A stretch of 64,000 nucleotides of DNA from Terriglobia bacterium. Its GTDB lineage: Bacteria > Acidobacteriota > Terriglobia > Acidiferrales > UBA7541. The position numbers were made by a program, and so were the translations under genes. Shown here one piece after another: positions 19,601 to 29,166 of the stretch. Numbering within the stretch: the stretch's first letter is position 1; each line of letters opens with the position of its first letter. The stretch lies in assembly GCA_963695545.1 (NCBI GenBank), contig OY968796.1, forward strand, positions 2,144,001 to 2,208,000, in the 5' to 3' direction. The notes under the pieces were generated by a model. The model saw only the letters and a list, made by a program, of their open reading frames with translations. It had not been told where the DNA came from and searched no databases.

Positions 19601-19873
19601 ATGCTGCACGTCGACGGCCGCGCTTTCTACCGTGCCCTCGCGAACGCGGCGAGCCCGTTGCAGCATCGCCTGATCTTCGTCACGGGCGACACGCTCAGTT
19701 CCCACACGCTTGAATTTTTGGAATCGAGCGGACTGCCGTACCTCGCCAAGCCGTTTCTGGTCGAGGAATTGAAGCAAGTGGTGCAGCAGGCCTTCACGCG
19801 CGTTCACGCCGAATCGCCGCGAGCGGCCGGCGGAAGCAATCCCTGGCCGCGAACCACTGCGAGGAAACGATGA
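16655..19873 (+). CDS. Cytoplasmic hybrid histidine kinase (GAF/PAS-HisKA-HATPase-REC)
   Basis: AHELNNPL, NLVINA, DDGPGI, FFTTK, GTGLGL; C-terminal REC (ILVVEDE...KPF); start uncertain. Confidence 0.88.
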   Translation: MTVNLWRRIWRAGAAGHVSAWRSPPGRGVAGAAARGEPVETLLELAAQSLLVASKARRAGVWLLKEQEKQSDDVRVRGRVVDRSGIPAPEEWNRLDLPAPFLGTLLRSKEPLIVAMDREASNSTASFPPAGPYAGAKRVVWIPLRVQDTPLGLGMVADSRHRSLANTTALRAIAEELSLALALRHERARRSAADAELDTHARLERSVQRGVAADTVLAEIAQAVERATGAEFVAIGRSSSPVGASAGWAGAPRWRVLLMQEPLRQLWVTALEEGRIVEAEAESLRWRRRDWQSLPEPAENPDSGVARVVTLPLVANGAPLGILMAGLGTGALGDDVAKRLEAYAALATMALDREASLGQTAVLSATVHHWLETTPERLLLVDAAGRITQASRVARGALRLGLALAPDARLENLFVEGAGRAVVEWLDDLTANRLDRHTAMPSANNSFPPVPPDRAMAPIPPGRDSAAPLLDALLRVGSPVRLSVRAHFPGARPSAHFWLVALEELHVPVPSVVEQDRAASELSGLLDSLDSGVLVFDASGRIRAANDRFAQMMGLDARATRELGGFENLLESLSPRFARPAEFAARWRERTASADEAAWDEIELERPVRKIVERFVRPVRDAHGRRLGWIEVYRDITSQRLIQSKLLQSEKMAALGQLVSGIAHELNNPLTSIQGYAQLLLSRRPGPDQLADAKRICQEAERAAHIVKNLLLFAREAKPERSSVDMNEVVERTLALRSYEMRVENIQAEVDLDPLLPAILADASQMLQVVLNLVINAEQALAGHALDPDRAGGDEKRGHGRIRIRTRRVSEQKLALEVSDDGPGIPPEAISRIFDPFFTTKPVGVGTGLGLSIVYGIVREHGGEVTVESKRGHGATFVVELSVLAASEIALQGVLPGTLSRPQMDAAPLARAPLAASSSARAHKSGARAERILVVEDEPTVAQLISDVLADEGYRVDKLLDSREAMDRVRAQDYDLVVCDLKMLHVDGRAFYRALANAASPLQHRLIFVTGDTLSSHTLEFLESSGLPYLAKPFLVEELKQVVQQAFTRVHAESPRAAGGSNPWPRTTARKR

Positions 19874-20550
19874 GCACAAGCGGTCGCGTCATCTTCATCA
19901 TCTCCGCCGATCCGGCGGTCACGCGAGGCTGCATCCGCGAAATCATTTCGACCGGCGGGCAATACCAGCTTCGCCTGGCCGCTTCGGTCGAGCAGGGGCG
20001 CCGCGGCTTTCTGCGCACCCCGCCTGCGGCGATCTTCCTTGACGAATCGGCCGCGGATTTCGAGCGTCGTAGCGAGACACTGGCGACGGCCATCCCGCAG
20101 CTCACGAAATTCGCGCCCGTCGTGGTGGCCGCCGAGCCGGAGCGGCAATTCGAGCTCGCGTCTCTGATCTCCGCCGGCGCCGTCGATTTCGTCGCGCGCA
20201 CGGAACCGTTCCTTCCCATCGTCGCGGGGCTGCTCGAGCGCCGCGTGCGTTCAACACAGATTGCCGCCACGGCGCTGCCCCGTTTCCCAGGCGACGATTT
20301 CGATGCCAACTTCGGCGAAATCCTGCGCCACGAGGTCAACAATCCCCTCACCGGCATACTCGGCAACGCCGAACTTCTGCTCGCGCGCCGCAGCAAGTTG
20401 CCTCTCGCGACCGTCACGCGCCTGCAAACCATTGCCGAACTCGCCGTGCGGCTGCGCGAAACCATCCGCCGACTGTCAAACGCGTGGGACGCCCGCCCGG
20501 TCCATTCCGAGCGCGATGAGCGTGTTGCGGCAGGCGACCGCGTCCGCTAG
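19870..20550 (+). CDS. Degenerate receiver + HisKA dimerisation domain protein lacking an ATPase domain
   Basis: ATGA overlap with the kinase; REC-like N-terminus (IFLD, GAVDFV); RHEVNNPLTGILGNAELL; ends without N/G boxes. Confidence 0.75.
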   Translation: MSTSGRVIFIISADPAVTRGCIREIISTGGQYQLRLAASVEQGRRGFLRTPPAAIFLDESAADFERRSETLATAIPQLTKFAPVVVAAEPERQFELASLISAGAVDFVARTEPFLPIVAGLLERRVRSTQIAATALPRFPGDDFDANFGEILRHEVNNPLTGILGNAELLLARRSKLPLATVTRLQTIAELAVRLRETIRRLSNAWDARPVHSERDERVAAGDRVR

Positions 20551-20843
20551 CTGGAACGCCGCCCCGTTGGCACTCCCGTTTCTCGCGAAGTGTCTCCGTC
20601 GAGGGGATCTTCCGGCGTCGTCGGAATGCTTTGGCGTCGCTCAGCTTACTTCTCCCGTGATCCATCCCACGCACAAGCCGGGCCGCAACGCTCGGTTGGG
20701 AAGCCACGCGCCACGCGTCCCAACCGCGCTCGGCGACGGCGCAATGATATGCTACGGCGTCGCTCGACGGCTCGAACTCAGTGCGATGGTCGAACGTCAT
20801 GATCGATGCAAGCGATTTGGCGAAGTGACGAAGGAGTGGGCGC

Positions 20844-22010
20844 GTGAAGATTGTGGATGTGCGCGAGATCACCAAGCCGATCGCTTCGCCGATGCGCAAC
20901 GCTTTCATCGATTTCTCGAAGATGACGCTGAGCTTGGTCGCGGTCATGACCGACGTGATTCGCGACGGCAAGCCGGTGGTCGGCTACGGATTCAATTCCA
21001 ACGGGAGATACGGACAGGGCTGCTTAATACGCGAAAGGTTTCGTCCGCGGATTCTCGAGGCCAAGCCGGAAAGCTTGCTCGATGCCAGCGGCGATAATTT
21101 CGATCCCGCGAAAATTTGGGCCTGCATGATGACCAACGAGAAGCCGGGCGGGCACGGCGAGCGCTCGGTGGCCGTGGGCACGATCGACATGGCAGTGTGG
21201 GACGCCGTCGCGAAGATTGCGCGACGACCGCTGTTTGAGTTGCTGGCGGAGCGTTACGGCAACGGGAGAGCGAACAAGCGCGTCTTTGTTTACGCCGCGG
21301 GCGGTTACTACTACCCCGGCAAAGACGTGGAAGCTCTGAAGCGCGAAATGCGCGGCTACCTCGAGCGCGGCTACACGGTGGTGAAAGCGAAGATTGGCGG
21401 CGCGCCGCTTGAGGAAGATTTGCGGCGCATCGAAGCAGTGCTCAGTGTGCTCGGCCCGGGGGATCGATTGGCCGTGGACGCAAATGGGCGATTCGATCTC
21501 GCAACGGCGCTGGCGTATGGCAAGGCGCTTTCGCAATACGAGTTATTTTGGTACGAAGAGGCCGGCGACCCGCTGGATTTCGCGCTGCAGGCGGAACTGG
21601 CGCGCGAATATCAAGGCAGTCTCGCGACCGGCGAAAATCTCTTTTCCATGCAGGACGCGCGCAATCTGATCCGCTACGGCGGCATGCGCCCGGACCGCGA
21701 TTGGCTGCAGTTCGATTGCGCGCTGAGCTATGGCCTCGTCGAATATCTGCGCACGCTCGCGATGTTGCGCGAAAACGGATGGTCCGCCGCGCGCTGCGTT
21801 CCGCACGGCGGGCACCAGATGTCGCTGAACATTGCGGCGGGCCTGGGGCTTGGCGGAAACGAATCGTATCCGGATTTATTTCAGCCTTACGGCGGCGTTC
21901 CTGACGGCGTGCGCGTGGAAGATAGCTACGTGACGATGCCGGATCTTGTGGGCATCGGCTTCGAAGGCAAAGCGGATTTGTATCGCGAGATGAAGGCACT
22001 CGGCGATTAA
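20844..22010 (+). CDS. tarD: Mandelate racemase/enolase superfamily enzyme, D-tartrate dehydratase-like
   Basis: RNAFIDFSKMT, GYGFNSNGRYGQG, KPGGHGERSVAVG, KxKIGG, DANG, EE, TGEN, HGGHQ resemble Bradyrhizobium TarD. Confidence 0.8.
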   Translation: MKIVDVREITKPIASPMRNAFIDFSKMTLSLVAVMTDVIRDGKPVVGYGFNSNGRYGQGCLIRERFRPRILEAKPESLLDASGDNFDPAKIWACMMTNEKPGGHGERSVAVGTIDMAVWDAVAKIARRPLFELLAERYGNGRANKRVFVYAAGGYYYPGKDVEALKREMRGYLERGYTVVKAKIGGAPLEEDLRRIEAVLSVLGPGDRLAVDANGRFDLATALAYGKALSQYELFWYEEAGDPLDFALQAELAREYQGSLATGENLFSMQDARNLIRYGGMRPDRDWLQFDCALSYGLVEYLRTLAMLRENGWSAARCVPHGGHQMSLNIAAGLGLGGNESYPDLFQPYGGVPDGVRVEDSYVTMPDLVGIGFEGKADLYREMKALGD

Positions 22011-22040
22011 AAAATGCCGCCTCGTCGCGGCGAGCCATCG

Positions 22041-23324
22041 ATGAAAAGCCGGTTCCCCAAACTCTACGTTCAAGTTTTCATCGCCATCATCCTCGGTATT
22101 CTCGTCGGCTACCTCTTCCCGCACTTCGCGCCAAAACTCAAACCGCTCGGCGATATTTTTATCCGCTTAATCAAAATGCTGCTCGCGCCGGTGATTTTCA
22201 CCACGGTGACCGTGGGCATCGCGAAAATGGGCGACATCAAGGCTGTGGGGCGGATCGGGGTGAAGGCCCTCGTTTACTTTGAGGTCGTCTCCGCGTTCGC
22301 GCTGGCGATTGGTCTGGTGGTTGTGAACGTGGCGCGCCCGGGCGCGGGCATGAACATCAATCCGGCCACGATCGACGCGAGCGCGGTGGCGGCGTATACC
22401 ACGGCGGCGCAGCACCGTTCGGCGCTCGATTTCATTCTGAACATTATTCCTTCAAGCGCGGTCGGCTCGCTCGTGGAAGGGAATATTCTGCAAATCATTC
22501 TGGTGAGCGTGCTGTTTGGAATTGCGCTCTCGCGTTTGGGTAAGAAAAAAGATCGCGTTGTAGAAGTCCTCGACGGCGTGCTGCAGGCGCTTTTTGGGAT
22601 GGTGCGCATCGTGATGGTCGTCGCGCCGCTCGCGGCATTCGGCTCGATGGCGTTCATCGTCGGGGAATATGGATTGGGCACGATGGTCTCATTCGGCAAA
22701 TTGATGGCCTGCGTATATCTCACGTCGCTGGTGTTCGTCGCAGGGGTGCTTGGCCCGATCGCGTGGCGCTGCGGCATCTCGCTGTGGAATTTTCTGCGCT
22801 ATATCAAGGATGAAATCCTGATCGCATTCGGCACCTGTTCGACCGAGGCGGTGATGCCGCAGATGATGCAGAAACTCGAGCGCATGGGCTGCCAGCAATC
22901 GCTTGTGGGCATGGTGCTGCCGGCGGGTTATTCGTTCAATGCCGACGGAACGTCGATTTATTTGACGATGGCGGCGATTTTCATCGCGCAGGCGACCAAC
23001 ACGCATTTGACGCTGCGCGATCAACTTGTGGTGCTGGCGGTTTTGTTGCTGACGTCGAAAGGGTCGTCCGGCGTGGCGGGCTCGGGATTTGTGACGCTGG
23101 CGGCCACGCTGGCTTCAATGGATAAAATTCCCGTGGCCGGACTGGTGCTGCTGCTCGGCGCGGACAGTTTCTTGAATCAAGCGCGAGCGGTGACAAATCT
23201 GATCGGCAACGGCGTCGCCACCATCGCCATCGCGCGGTGGGAAGGAACCTTCGATGAACGCGCGGCCGCTCGAGCGCTCGCAGGAGCCGCGCCGGGCCGC
23301 GCTCAGGAGCCAGTCGAAGAGTAG
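22041..23324 (+). CDS. dctA: C4-dicarboxylate:cation symporter (DAACS family)
   Basis: LYVQV, FIRLIKM, GYSFNADGTSIY, LTSKG..GVAG.GF motifs. Confidence 0.9.
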   Translation: MKSRFPKLYVQVFIAIILGILVGYLFPHFAPKLKPLGDIFIRLIKMLLAPVIFTTVTVGIAKMGDIKAVGRIGVKALVYFEVVSAFALAIGLVVVNVARPGAGMNINPATIDASAVAAYTTAAQHRSALDFILNIIPSSAVGSLVEGNILQIILVSVLFGIALSRLGKKKDRVVEVLDGVLQALFGMVRIVMVVAPLAAFGSMAFIVGEYGLGTMVSFGKLMACVYLTSLVFVAGVLGPIAWRCGISLWNFLRYIKDEILIAFGTCSTEAVMPQMMQKLERMGCQQSLVGMVLPAGYSFNADGTSIYLTMAAIFIAQATNTHLTLRDQLVVLAVLLLTSKGSSGVAGSGFVTLAATLASMDKIPVAGLVLLLGADSFLNQARAVTNLIGNGVATIAIARWEGTFDERAAARALAGAAPGRAQEPVEE

Positions 23325-24103
23325 TGGCGCACGCCGCGCTCCCAGAACCACAACGCAATGGCGATGCACGCCGCGGTGACCAGCGGCACAAACGGCGCGT
23401 AGTAGTGGAAGCGCGTGCGATGCAGCAGGCGCACCGTGGGATAAAACGTGGCGAAGCCGAACGGTACGATCCAACTCAGAAAAAATTGGATGTACCCCGA
23501 ATAAATCGAAAGCGGATAGCGGCCGAAGGCGATCAGATTCCACACCGGCGCGGAAATGCCGATGCGATCCTCGAACCAGAAGGAACACGTGCTGAGGATC
23601 AGAAAAATCGAAAGATAAATCGCGCCGCCGCACAGCGCGAAGACCACCAGAAGCAGCACATCCAGCGCCGTCCAGGCGTAATGCAGATACCGGCCGGACA
23701 AGATCACTACCACCAGGCCCGAGACAATTTCCTGAATGGATTCGATGCGGAAATTTTCAAAGATCACTTGAAACAGCGAGGCCACCGGCCGAACCAATAC
23801 GCGATCGAATTTTCCTTCCATGATGAATTCGGCGCCGAAATCGTAGAGGTTTGGGCTGAGGACGTTGAAGATGCCGTATGGAATGAGCGAGAAGCCATAG
23901 AGAAATAAAACTTCTGCGAAGGTCCAATCCGCAAGACGCGGAATGTTGCGGAACAGGATCACCACAAAGGCCAGCGCGAAAATTGTCGCCGCGAAGCTGG
24001 TCACCAGGCCAATCCAGAAATCGCCACGATAGCCGACGCGCACCTTCAAATACTGGGCAAAATATTCGCCGAGCAATCCGAGATGGCGTTTGGTTTCGTG
24101 CAT
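23303..24103 (-). CDS. ABC-2 type transporter permease
   Basis: Multi-TM; G.FD..L.RP, YPLSIY, RHYSSTGS C-terminus typical of this permease family. Confidence 0.85.
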   Translation of the reverse strand: MHETKRHLGLLGEYFAQYLKVRVGYRGDFWIGLVTSFAATIFALAFVVILFRNIPRLADWTFAEVLFLYGFSLIPYGIFNVLSPNLYDFGAEFIMEGKFDRVLVRPVASLFQVIFENFRIESIQEIVSGLVVVILSGRYLHYAWTALDVLLLVVFALCGGAIYLSIFLILSTCSFWFEDRIGISAPVWNLIAFGRYPLSIYSGYIQFFLSWIVPFGFATFYPTVRLLHRTRFHYYAPFVPLVTAACIAIALWFWERGVRHYSSTGS

Positions 24104-24109
24104 GTCTAT

Positions 24110-24943
24110 TCAACCACCGTGGATCGTGATTTTTCGCGAGGCGCGCAGCCACCATACGTGGCCCAGCGCGAGGAGCAGGACAACCCAGGCCCAGGCAAGG
24201 CCAATCGCGCGCCACGCTGCGGCGCCTGATAACTTGCCGAGATAAATTTGCAGCGGCGTCGAAGCGATATGCTCGAACGGGAGATAAGCGAAAACAGTTT
24301 GCGCAGCATGTGGGAACAGCGCAATCGGAACCAGCAGGCCTGAAAGCAGCTCGATCAGCCAGAATTTCGCGCGGATCAGCGACAAAATGGATTTCAGCGG
24401 AATCGCGCAGGTGCCGATCATAAAATTTATCGCGGCCATGAGCAAAAAACTCGCGACGACGGCGATCACGAATAGACCGAACTGCGCGGCGGACGCCGGC
24501 GCGCGCAGCGGAAAGATCAGGGCCACGATCACGGCGGTGGGAGCAGTGAGCAGAAGCAATCGGAACGCCGATTCGCCGGCGGCCCGCGAGATCCACATCC
24601 ACTGAATCGAGACCGGCTTGATGAAGTCCATGGCGATCTTGCCTTCGATCACTTCGTAGGCCATCTCCTGATCGATGGTGTTCCAATAAAACGAGCGAAT
24701 GATCCAGCCGACCGCGACGTACGTGAGCATTTGCGGGAGGCTGTAACCGGCAATCGTCGCTCCGGCGTGGCCCGTGCTCACGGCTGGTCCATAGACCGCG
24801 CGCCAGATGAAATAATAAATCGTGACGTTGAAAAGATAGGTGAGGATGCCGGCATAGTAGCGCAGGCGGAAGGCGAGAATGTTGGCGAAGCCGATGCGCG
24901 CGAATTCGCCGTAGGGCGCAAGGGCGTGGGTGCGCGAAGACAT
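24110..24943 (-). CDS. ABC-2 type transporter permease
   Basis: Multi-TM; GKIAMDFIKPVS, LSGLLVPI, terminal IHGG. Confidence 0.85.
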   Translation of the reverse strand: MSSRTHALAPYGEFARIGFANILAFRLRYYAGILTYLFNVTIYYFIWRAVYGPAVSTGHAGATIAGYSLPQMLTYVAVGWIIRSFYWNTIDQEMAYEVIEGKIAMDFIKPVSIQWMWISRAAGESAFRLLLLTAPTAVIVALIFPLRAPASAAQFGLFVIAVVASFLLMAAINFMIGTCAIPLKSILSLIRAKFWLIELLSGLLVPIALFPHAAQTVFAYLPFEHIASTPLQIYLGKLSGAAAWRAIGLAWAWVVLLLALGHVWWLRASRKITIHGG

Positions 24944-25965
24944 CAGGTCTGCACCTCGTGCAGTGCTTCGCCGGCGTAGATGCGCTTGATGAGTTCCTCG
25001 ATGGGCTCGTCTTCGATCAGCAGATCGCGGATTTCAACGGTGCCGAGTATTTGGCGGATCAGATCGGCCGTGGAAACGCGCGTGCGGTCGAAGGAAATCC
25101 GCCAGGTCAGTTCGTCGACGCGCTCGAGTTTCAGGCCTTCGCGCTCGATCGCCGCGAGTTGCGGCAATTGTTCTTTATCGCGCAGCGCGAATTTCACTTG
25201 CTTGGTGCGCAGAAGTTTTTGCTTCAGCAGCGCGAGCGGGCCGTCGTAGAGCAGCCGGCCGTGGTCGATGATCATGATGCGACGGCAGAGTTCTTCGATA
25301 TCGTCGAGATCGTGCGTGGTCAGCAGGACGGTAGTGCGATAGCGCTGATTGATGGCGCGGAGGAAATGGCGGATGTGATCCTTGGCTACGACGTCCAGAC
25401 CGATGGTCGGCTCATCGAGAAACAGCAGCGGCGGATTGTGGAGCAGCGCCGCGGCCAGATCGCAGCGCATGCGTTCGCCAAGCGAGAGTTTGCGAACGGG
25501 CGTGTTCAAATAATCGCGCAGGCCGAGAATTTGATCGAACGTTTCCATGCGCTCGTCGAAATCGCGCTGCGAAACATCGTAGATCCGGCGCAGCAGCTTC
25601 AAGGATTCGATCACCGCGATGTCCCACCAGAGCTGCGTGCGCTGGCCGAAGACCACGCCGATGGTGCGCACGTACGCGGTGCGCTCGCGCCAGGGCACGA
25701 AGCCATTCGAGACGAGCACGCCGGAAGAAGGCACCAGGATGCCGGTGAGCATTTTGATGGTGGTCGATTTTCCAGCGCCGTTCGGACCGATGTAACCCAC
25801 CATTTCGCCGGGTTCGATTTCAAATGAGATTTTGCTGACAGCTTCGACCGTGCGGTATTCGCGGCGGAACAAATTGACGATTCCGCCCCAGAGTCCTTCG
25901 CGGCGATGGAAGCTGCGAAAACTCTTGGTGAGGTCGCGGACCGTGATCAGCGGGGAATTGGGCAC
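24943..25965 (-). CDS. ABC transporter ATP-binding protein
   Basis: GPNGAGKST, LSLGERMR, LDEPT, TTH. Confidence 0.93.
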   Translation of the reverse strand: MPNSPLITVRDLTKSFRSFHRREGLWGGIVNLFRREYRTVEAVSKISFEIEPGEMVGYIGPNGAGKSTTIKMLTGILVPSSGVLVSNGFVPWRERTAYVRTIGVVFGQRTQLWWDIAVIESLKLLRRIYDVSQRDFDERMETFDQILGLRDYLNTPVRKLSLGERMRCDLAAALLHNPPLLFLDEPTIGLDVVAKDHIRHFLRAINQRYRTTVLLTTHDLDDIEELCRRIMIIDHGRLLYDGPLALLKQKLLRTKQVKFALRDKEQLPQLAAIEREGLKLERVDELTWRISFDRTRVSTADLIRQILGTVEIRDLLIEDEPIEELIKRIYAGEALHEVQT

Positions 25966-26017
25966 AGCAAAAGAATTTTAGCACGCGCCAGGTGCGGGAG
26001 AAGGCGACGCGGCTTTT

Positions 26018-27229
26018 CTAAGTCCTGAAGAGCACATCTTCGCGCTCAAAAAGTTTGACGGCCACGGACAAAGCGGCTGCGGCATAGACGCACGATGAAA
26101 TAAAAATCAGCGCGATGTAGTGCCAGTGATACGTGCCCATCAGAATTTCTTTGCTGACCAGGCTGGTGTTCAGGATGGGGATGAGGGCGAGACGCGCGTT
26201 CAAATCGACGCCGGGCAGCAGCGAAACGATTCCGGGCACCACCACGATGATCGTGAGCGGCTGGAGATAGCTTTGGGCCTCCTTATAACTCTTGGCGTAA
26301 AGCGCGATCGCGAGAAGCGCAGCGGAAAACAGAACCGCGAGCGGCAGCACCAGTGCGAATATCGCGACCACCGATTTCGGATTGATCGAAAGCGCAAAGT
26401 CATTCGCTTCCCCGGGGGACGCGAGACTCACCAGCAGGCTCTTGCCGATGCCGAACGAGATGCTCATCGAGAGCACCGCGAGAAGTGCGGTGGCGAGCGA
26501 TGCGGTGAGTACGGTGAGAAATTTTCCGAAGACCAGGTCCGTGCGGGAAACCGGGCTCGAGAGGATGGTTTCCATCGTCCCGCGCTCTTTTTCTCCGGCA
26601 GTGAGATCGATCGCTGGATAGATTGCGCCGGTCAGGCAGAGCAAAATCACGAAATACGGCACAATGCCGCCGACCAGCTCGCCGGTGGTCTTCTCCGGCG
26701 ACACCACATTTTGCTCGTCGACCTCGATGGGATGGATCAACGAAACGGGAAGTCGCTGGGCTTCAAGGCGCTCGCGGACGGTGCGGTCGCCAAGGTCGCG
26801 AAAGAATTTTTGCAGGTGACCGGCTGCGATGCCGGACTTCAGATCGTTCTTGTAATCGTACACCGTGACCGTCGCGGGAGTTCCTGCGGCAAGTGCAGCG
26901 TCGAAGCCCGGGGGAATTTCGACCGCGGCGCGAACGCGTTTGTCTTCGATTTGCTGCGCGTAATCCGCGCGCGCGGGAACGACCTGAATATACGGAAGTG
27001 CGCGAAGTTCCGCCGTGACATTCGGCGAATCGGCGCCGCCCAGAATCATCACCTTGGGCACTTCTTCCATCGCGTGGCCCACAATTTCGGCGGAAAGCCC
27101 ACCCATGCCAATGGTCAGCAACGGCATAAGCAAAATGGGGACGACAATCATGGAAATCAGAGCGCGACGATCGCGCAGAGTGTCTTTCATCTCCTTGCGG
27201 TAGATGATGCCGATGTCGTGGACTTTCAA
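26018..27229 (-). CDS. NatB-like ABC exporter permease
   Basis: KEMKDTLRDRR, GEKERGTMETIL; TTG start overlapping the upstream stop. Confidence 0.82.
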   Translation of the reverse strand: MKVHDIGIIYRKEMKDTLRDRRALISMIVVPILLMPLLTIGMGGLSAEIVGHAMEEVPKVMILGGADSPNVTAELRALPYIQVVPARADYAQQIEDKRVRAAVEIPPGFDAALAAGTPATVTVYDYKNDLKSGIAAGHLQKFFRDLGDRTVRERLEAQRLPVSLIHPIEVDEQNVVSPEKTTGELVGGIVPYFVILLCLTGAIYPAIDLTAGEKERGTMETILSSPVSRTDLVFGKFLTVLTASLATALLAVLSMSISFGIGKSLLVSLASPGEANDFALSINPKSVVAIFALVLPLAVLFSAALLAIALYAKSYKEAQSYLQPLTIIVVVPGIVSLLPGVDLNARLALIPILNTSLVSKEILMGTYHWHYIALIFISSCVYAAAALSVAVKLFEREDVLFRT

Positions 27230-27957
27230 GATTGCACCACGGCCATGAAAATATCTTCCAAATCCTGCCGGGCGTATCGCGCGCGCAAATCGGTGAGCGT
27301 GCCTTCGGCTAGCAGGCGCCCCTGGTGGATGATGCCGATGGTGTCGCAAAGTTTTTCGGCTTCGCTCATTACGTGCGTCGAGAACACCACGGTTTTTCCG
27401 CGCTCGCGGCATTCGCGGATGAAGCCGAGGATGGTGCGCGCGGCCATCACGTCGAGACCTCCCGTCGGCTCATCGAAAATCATCACTGGCGGGTCGTGCA
27501 CCAAAGTGCGCGCGATCGAGACTTTTTGTTTCATGCCCGTGGAAAGCGCATCGCAGCGCCGCTGGCGAAATTCATTCATGCCCAGCCGCTCGAAAAGCTC
27601 GTCGATGCGCCGCCGCAGCAGCGCTTCGTCCACGCCGTGCAGCCGGCCGAAGTATTGGACCATCTCTTCGGCGGTGAGCCGGGCGTATAGCGCCGTGGCG
27701 GTGGAAAGAAATCCAATGCTGCGTCTGACCTGCTCGCCTTGAGTTTCGGCGTCGAAGCCCGCGATGGTCGCGCGGCCTTCAGTCGGCGCAAGGATTGTCG
27801 CCAGCATACGCAGCGTGGTCGTTTTGCCCGCGCCATTGGCGCCAAGCAGCCCATAGATTTGCCCGGGGGCGCAGCGAAAATTAAGGTCCTGCACGGCGCG
27901 CAATTCGCCGCGCTCGGCGTCGTGGAAGCGCTTTCCCAGTTGATGCGTTTCGATCAT
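27226..27957 (-). CDS. NatA-like ABC exporter ATP-binding protein
   Basis: GANGAGKTT, LSTGMKQK, FDEPT, STH. Confidence 0.9.
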   Translation of the reverse strand: MIETHQLGKRFHDAERGELRAVQDLNFRCAPGQIYGLLGANGAGKTTTLRMLATILAPTEGRATIAGFDAETQGEQVRRSIGFLSTATALYARLTAEEMVQYFGRLHGVDEALLRRRIDELFERLGMNEFRQRRCDALSTGMKQKVSIARTLVHDPPVMIFDEPTGGLDVMAARTILGFIRECRERGKTVVFSTHVMSEAEKLCDTIGIIHQGRLLAEGTLTDLRARYARQDLEDIFMAVVQS

Positions 27958-28098
27958 TTAAGCAATGTGGTCGGCGCAGTCGATTAGGGCAATGCGCTCC
28001 GCGCATGCCGGCGGCACAACGCGCCCCGCGCGATCGTTCCATTGAAGCACCGCGCTCGATGAGGATCGAGAGCCGGCTTGCGTCACCGCGCGTTCCGG

Positions 28099-28512
28099 TT
28101 ACTCCCCCAGGATCTTGATGACGATTTTCTTCGGCCGCAGTCCATCGAGCTCGGCAAACACGATGCTCTGCCACGGCCCGAGTTCGATTTTTCCGTCGGT
28201 CAGCGAGAGCACCACTTGGTTGCCCAGCAGCATGGCCTGCAAATGCACGCTGGCGTTGCTTTCGGTGCGCGTGGCGTGCTTGTAGTCGGCGCGAAAGGGC
28301 GCCACTTGCTGCAGCCAGCCTTCGAGGTCGGACTGCAAGCCGGGTTCGTCGTCGTTGACGAAGATCGCCGAATTCGAGTGCAGCGAGCTCACCAGCACTA
28401 TGCCGTCGCGCAGACCGCTTTTCTCGACCGCGAATTTCACGTTCGAGGTGATGGTTATGAATTCGCGTGCCTGCTTGGTGTTGACCGTCATGTAGTCGGT
28501 ATGAATCTTCAT
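28099..28512 (-). CDS. yjbQ: UPF0047/YjbQ family protein (secondary thiamine-phosphate synthase-like)
   Basis: H.....INDDEPGL..D, NA..H, LGPWQ.I.F.ELDG.R motifs; AGGAG SD. Confidence 0.85.
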   Translation of the reverse strand: MKIHTDYMTVNTKQAREFITITSNVKFAVEKSGLRDGIVLVSSLHSNSAIFVNDDEPGLQSDLEGWLQQVAPFRADYKHATRTESNASVHLQAMLLGNQVVLSLTDGKIELGPWQSIVFAELDGLRPKKIVIKILGE

Positions 28513-28667
28513 AAGAGTAATCTCCTGACGGGTCGTCTCTTGCGATGCGCTCCGCGCAGATCATTTAGAACAATGCGTTCCGCGCAGTCCGGGCGCGGCG
28601 CCGCAAATTCTAGCGAAAAAGTGTGACGAATGAAAAGCGGAACCGGGAACCAGCAGCGATGCGCGCG

Positions 28668-28847
28668 TTATTCCTTGCGGCAGGTGGGGCAATGCTTCGC
28701 ATCGTAGTGTTCGGGCGTCACACAGAACACGTTGTTGCACTGGATGCAGATGCGATGCAGGGTCGCGCCCGCGGGCGCCGCATGCTCGGGCGCCTGTCCG
28801 GAGCCGTGTTCGGACGGCGATTGATTGGTCGTGGATTCCGGGCTCAT
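28668..28847 (-). CDS. Zinc-ribbon microprotein (59 aa), absent from the ORF track
   Basis: Manual translation MSPESTTNQSPSEHGSGQAPEHAAPAGATLHRICIQCNNVFCVTPEHYDAKHCPTCRKE*: CxxC-x15-CxxC. Confidence 0.65.
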   Translation of the reverse strand: MSPESTTNQSPSEHGSGQAPEHAAPAGATLHRICIQCNNVFCVTPEHYDAKHCPTCRKE

Positions 28848-29166
28848 GCAGCGATTCTAGCACAACGATGCCGGTCGCCAAGGCGTCGCCGCGTTCCGCG
28901 GACGCCCCTCGAAATGTCCGCGGGCGGGACGCGACGAATTCTGTGCTGGCGGCATCTGCGCGCGCCGGTATAGCATCTGCCAAGATGGTGCCGGCGGAAG
29001 TCAGAAGCCTGCGGGGCGAGCCAGGGTCGGGCCGCTCGTCGGAAAATTTGCTAATATCTTGCGCTTCTGTTTGCTCCAGGCGGTGCGCTCCGCGCGGTTG
29101 TTCGCGGCGGCGCGTTCCGCGCGGATTTTCTAAGTAGTGGGCTCCGCGCAGGCCGGGCGCGAACAG

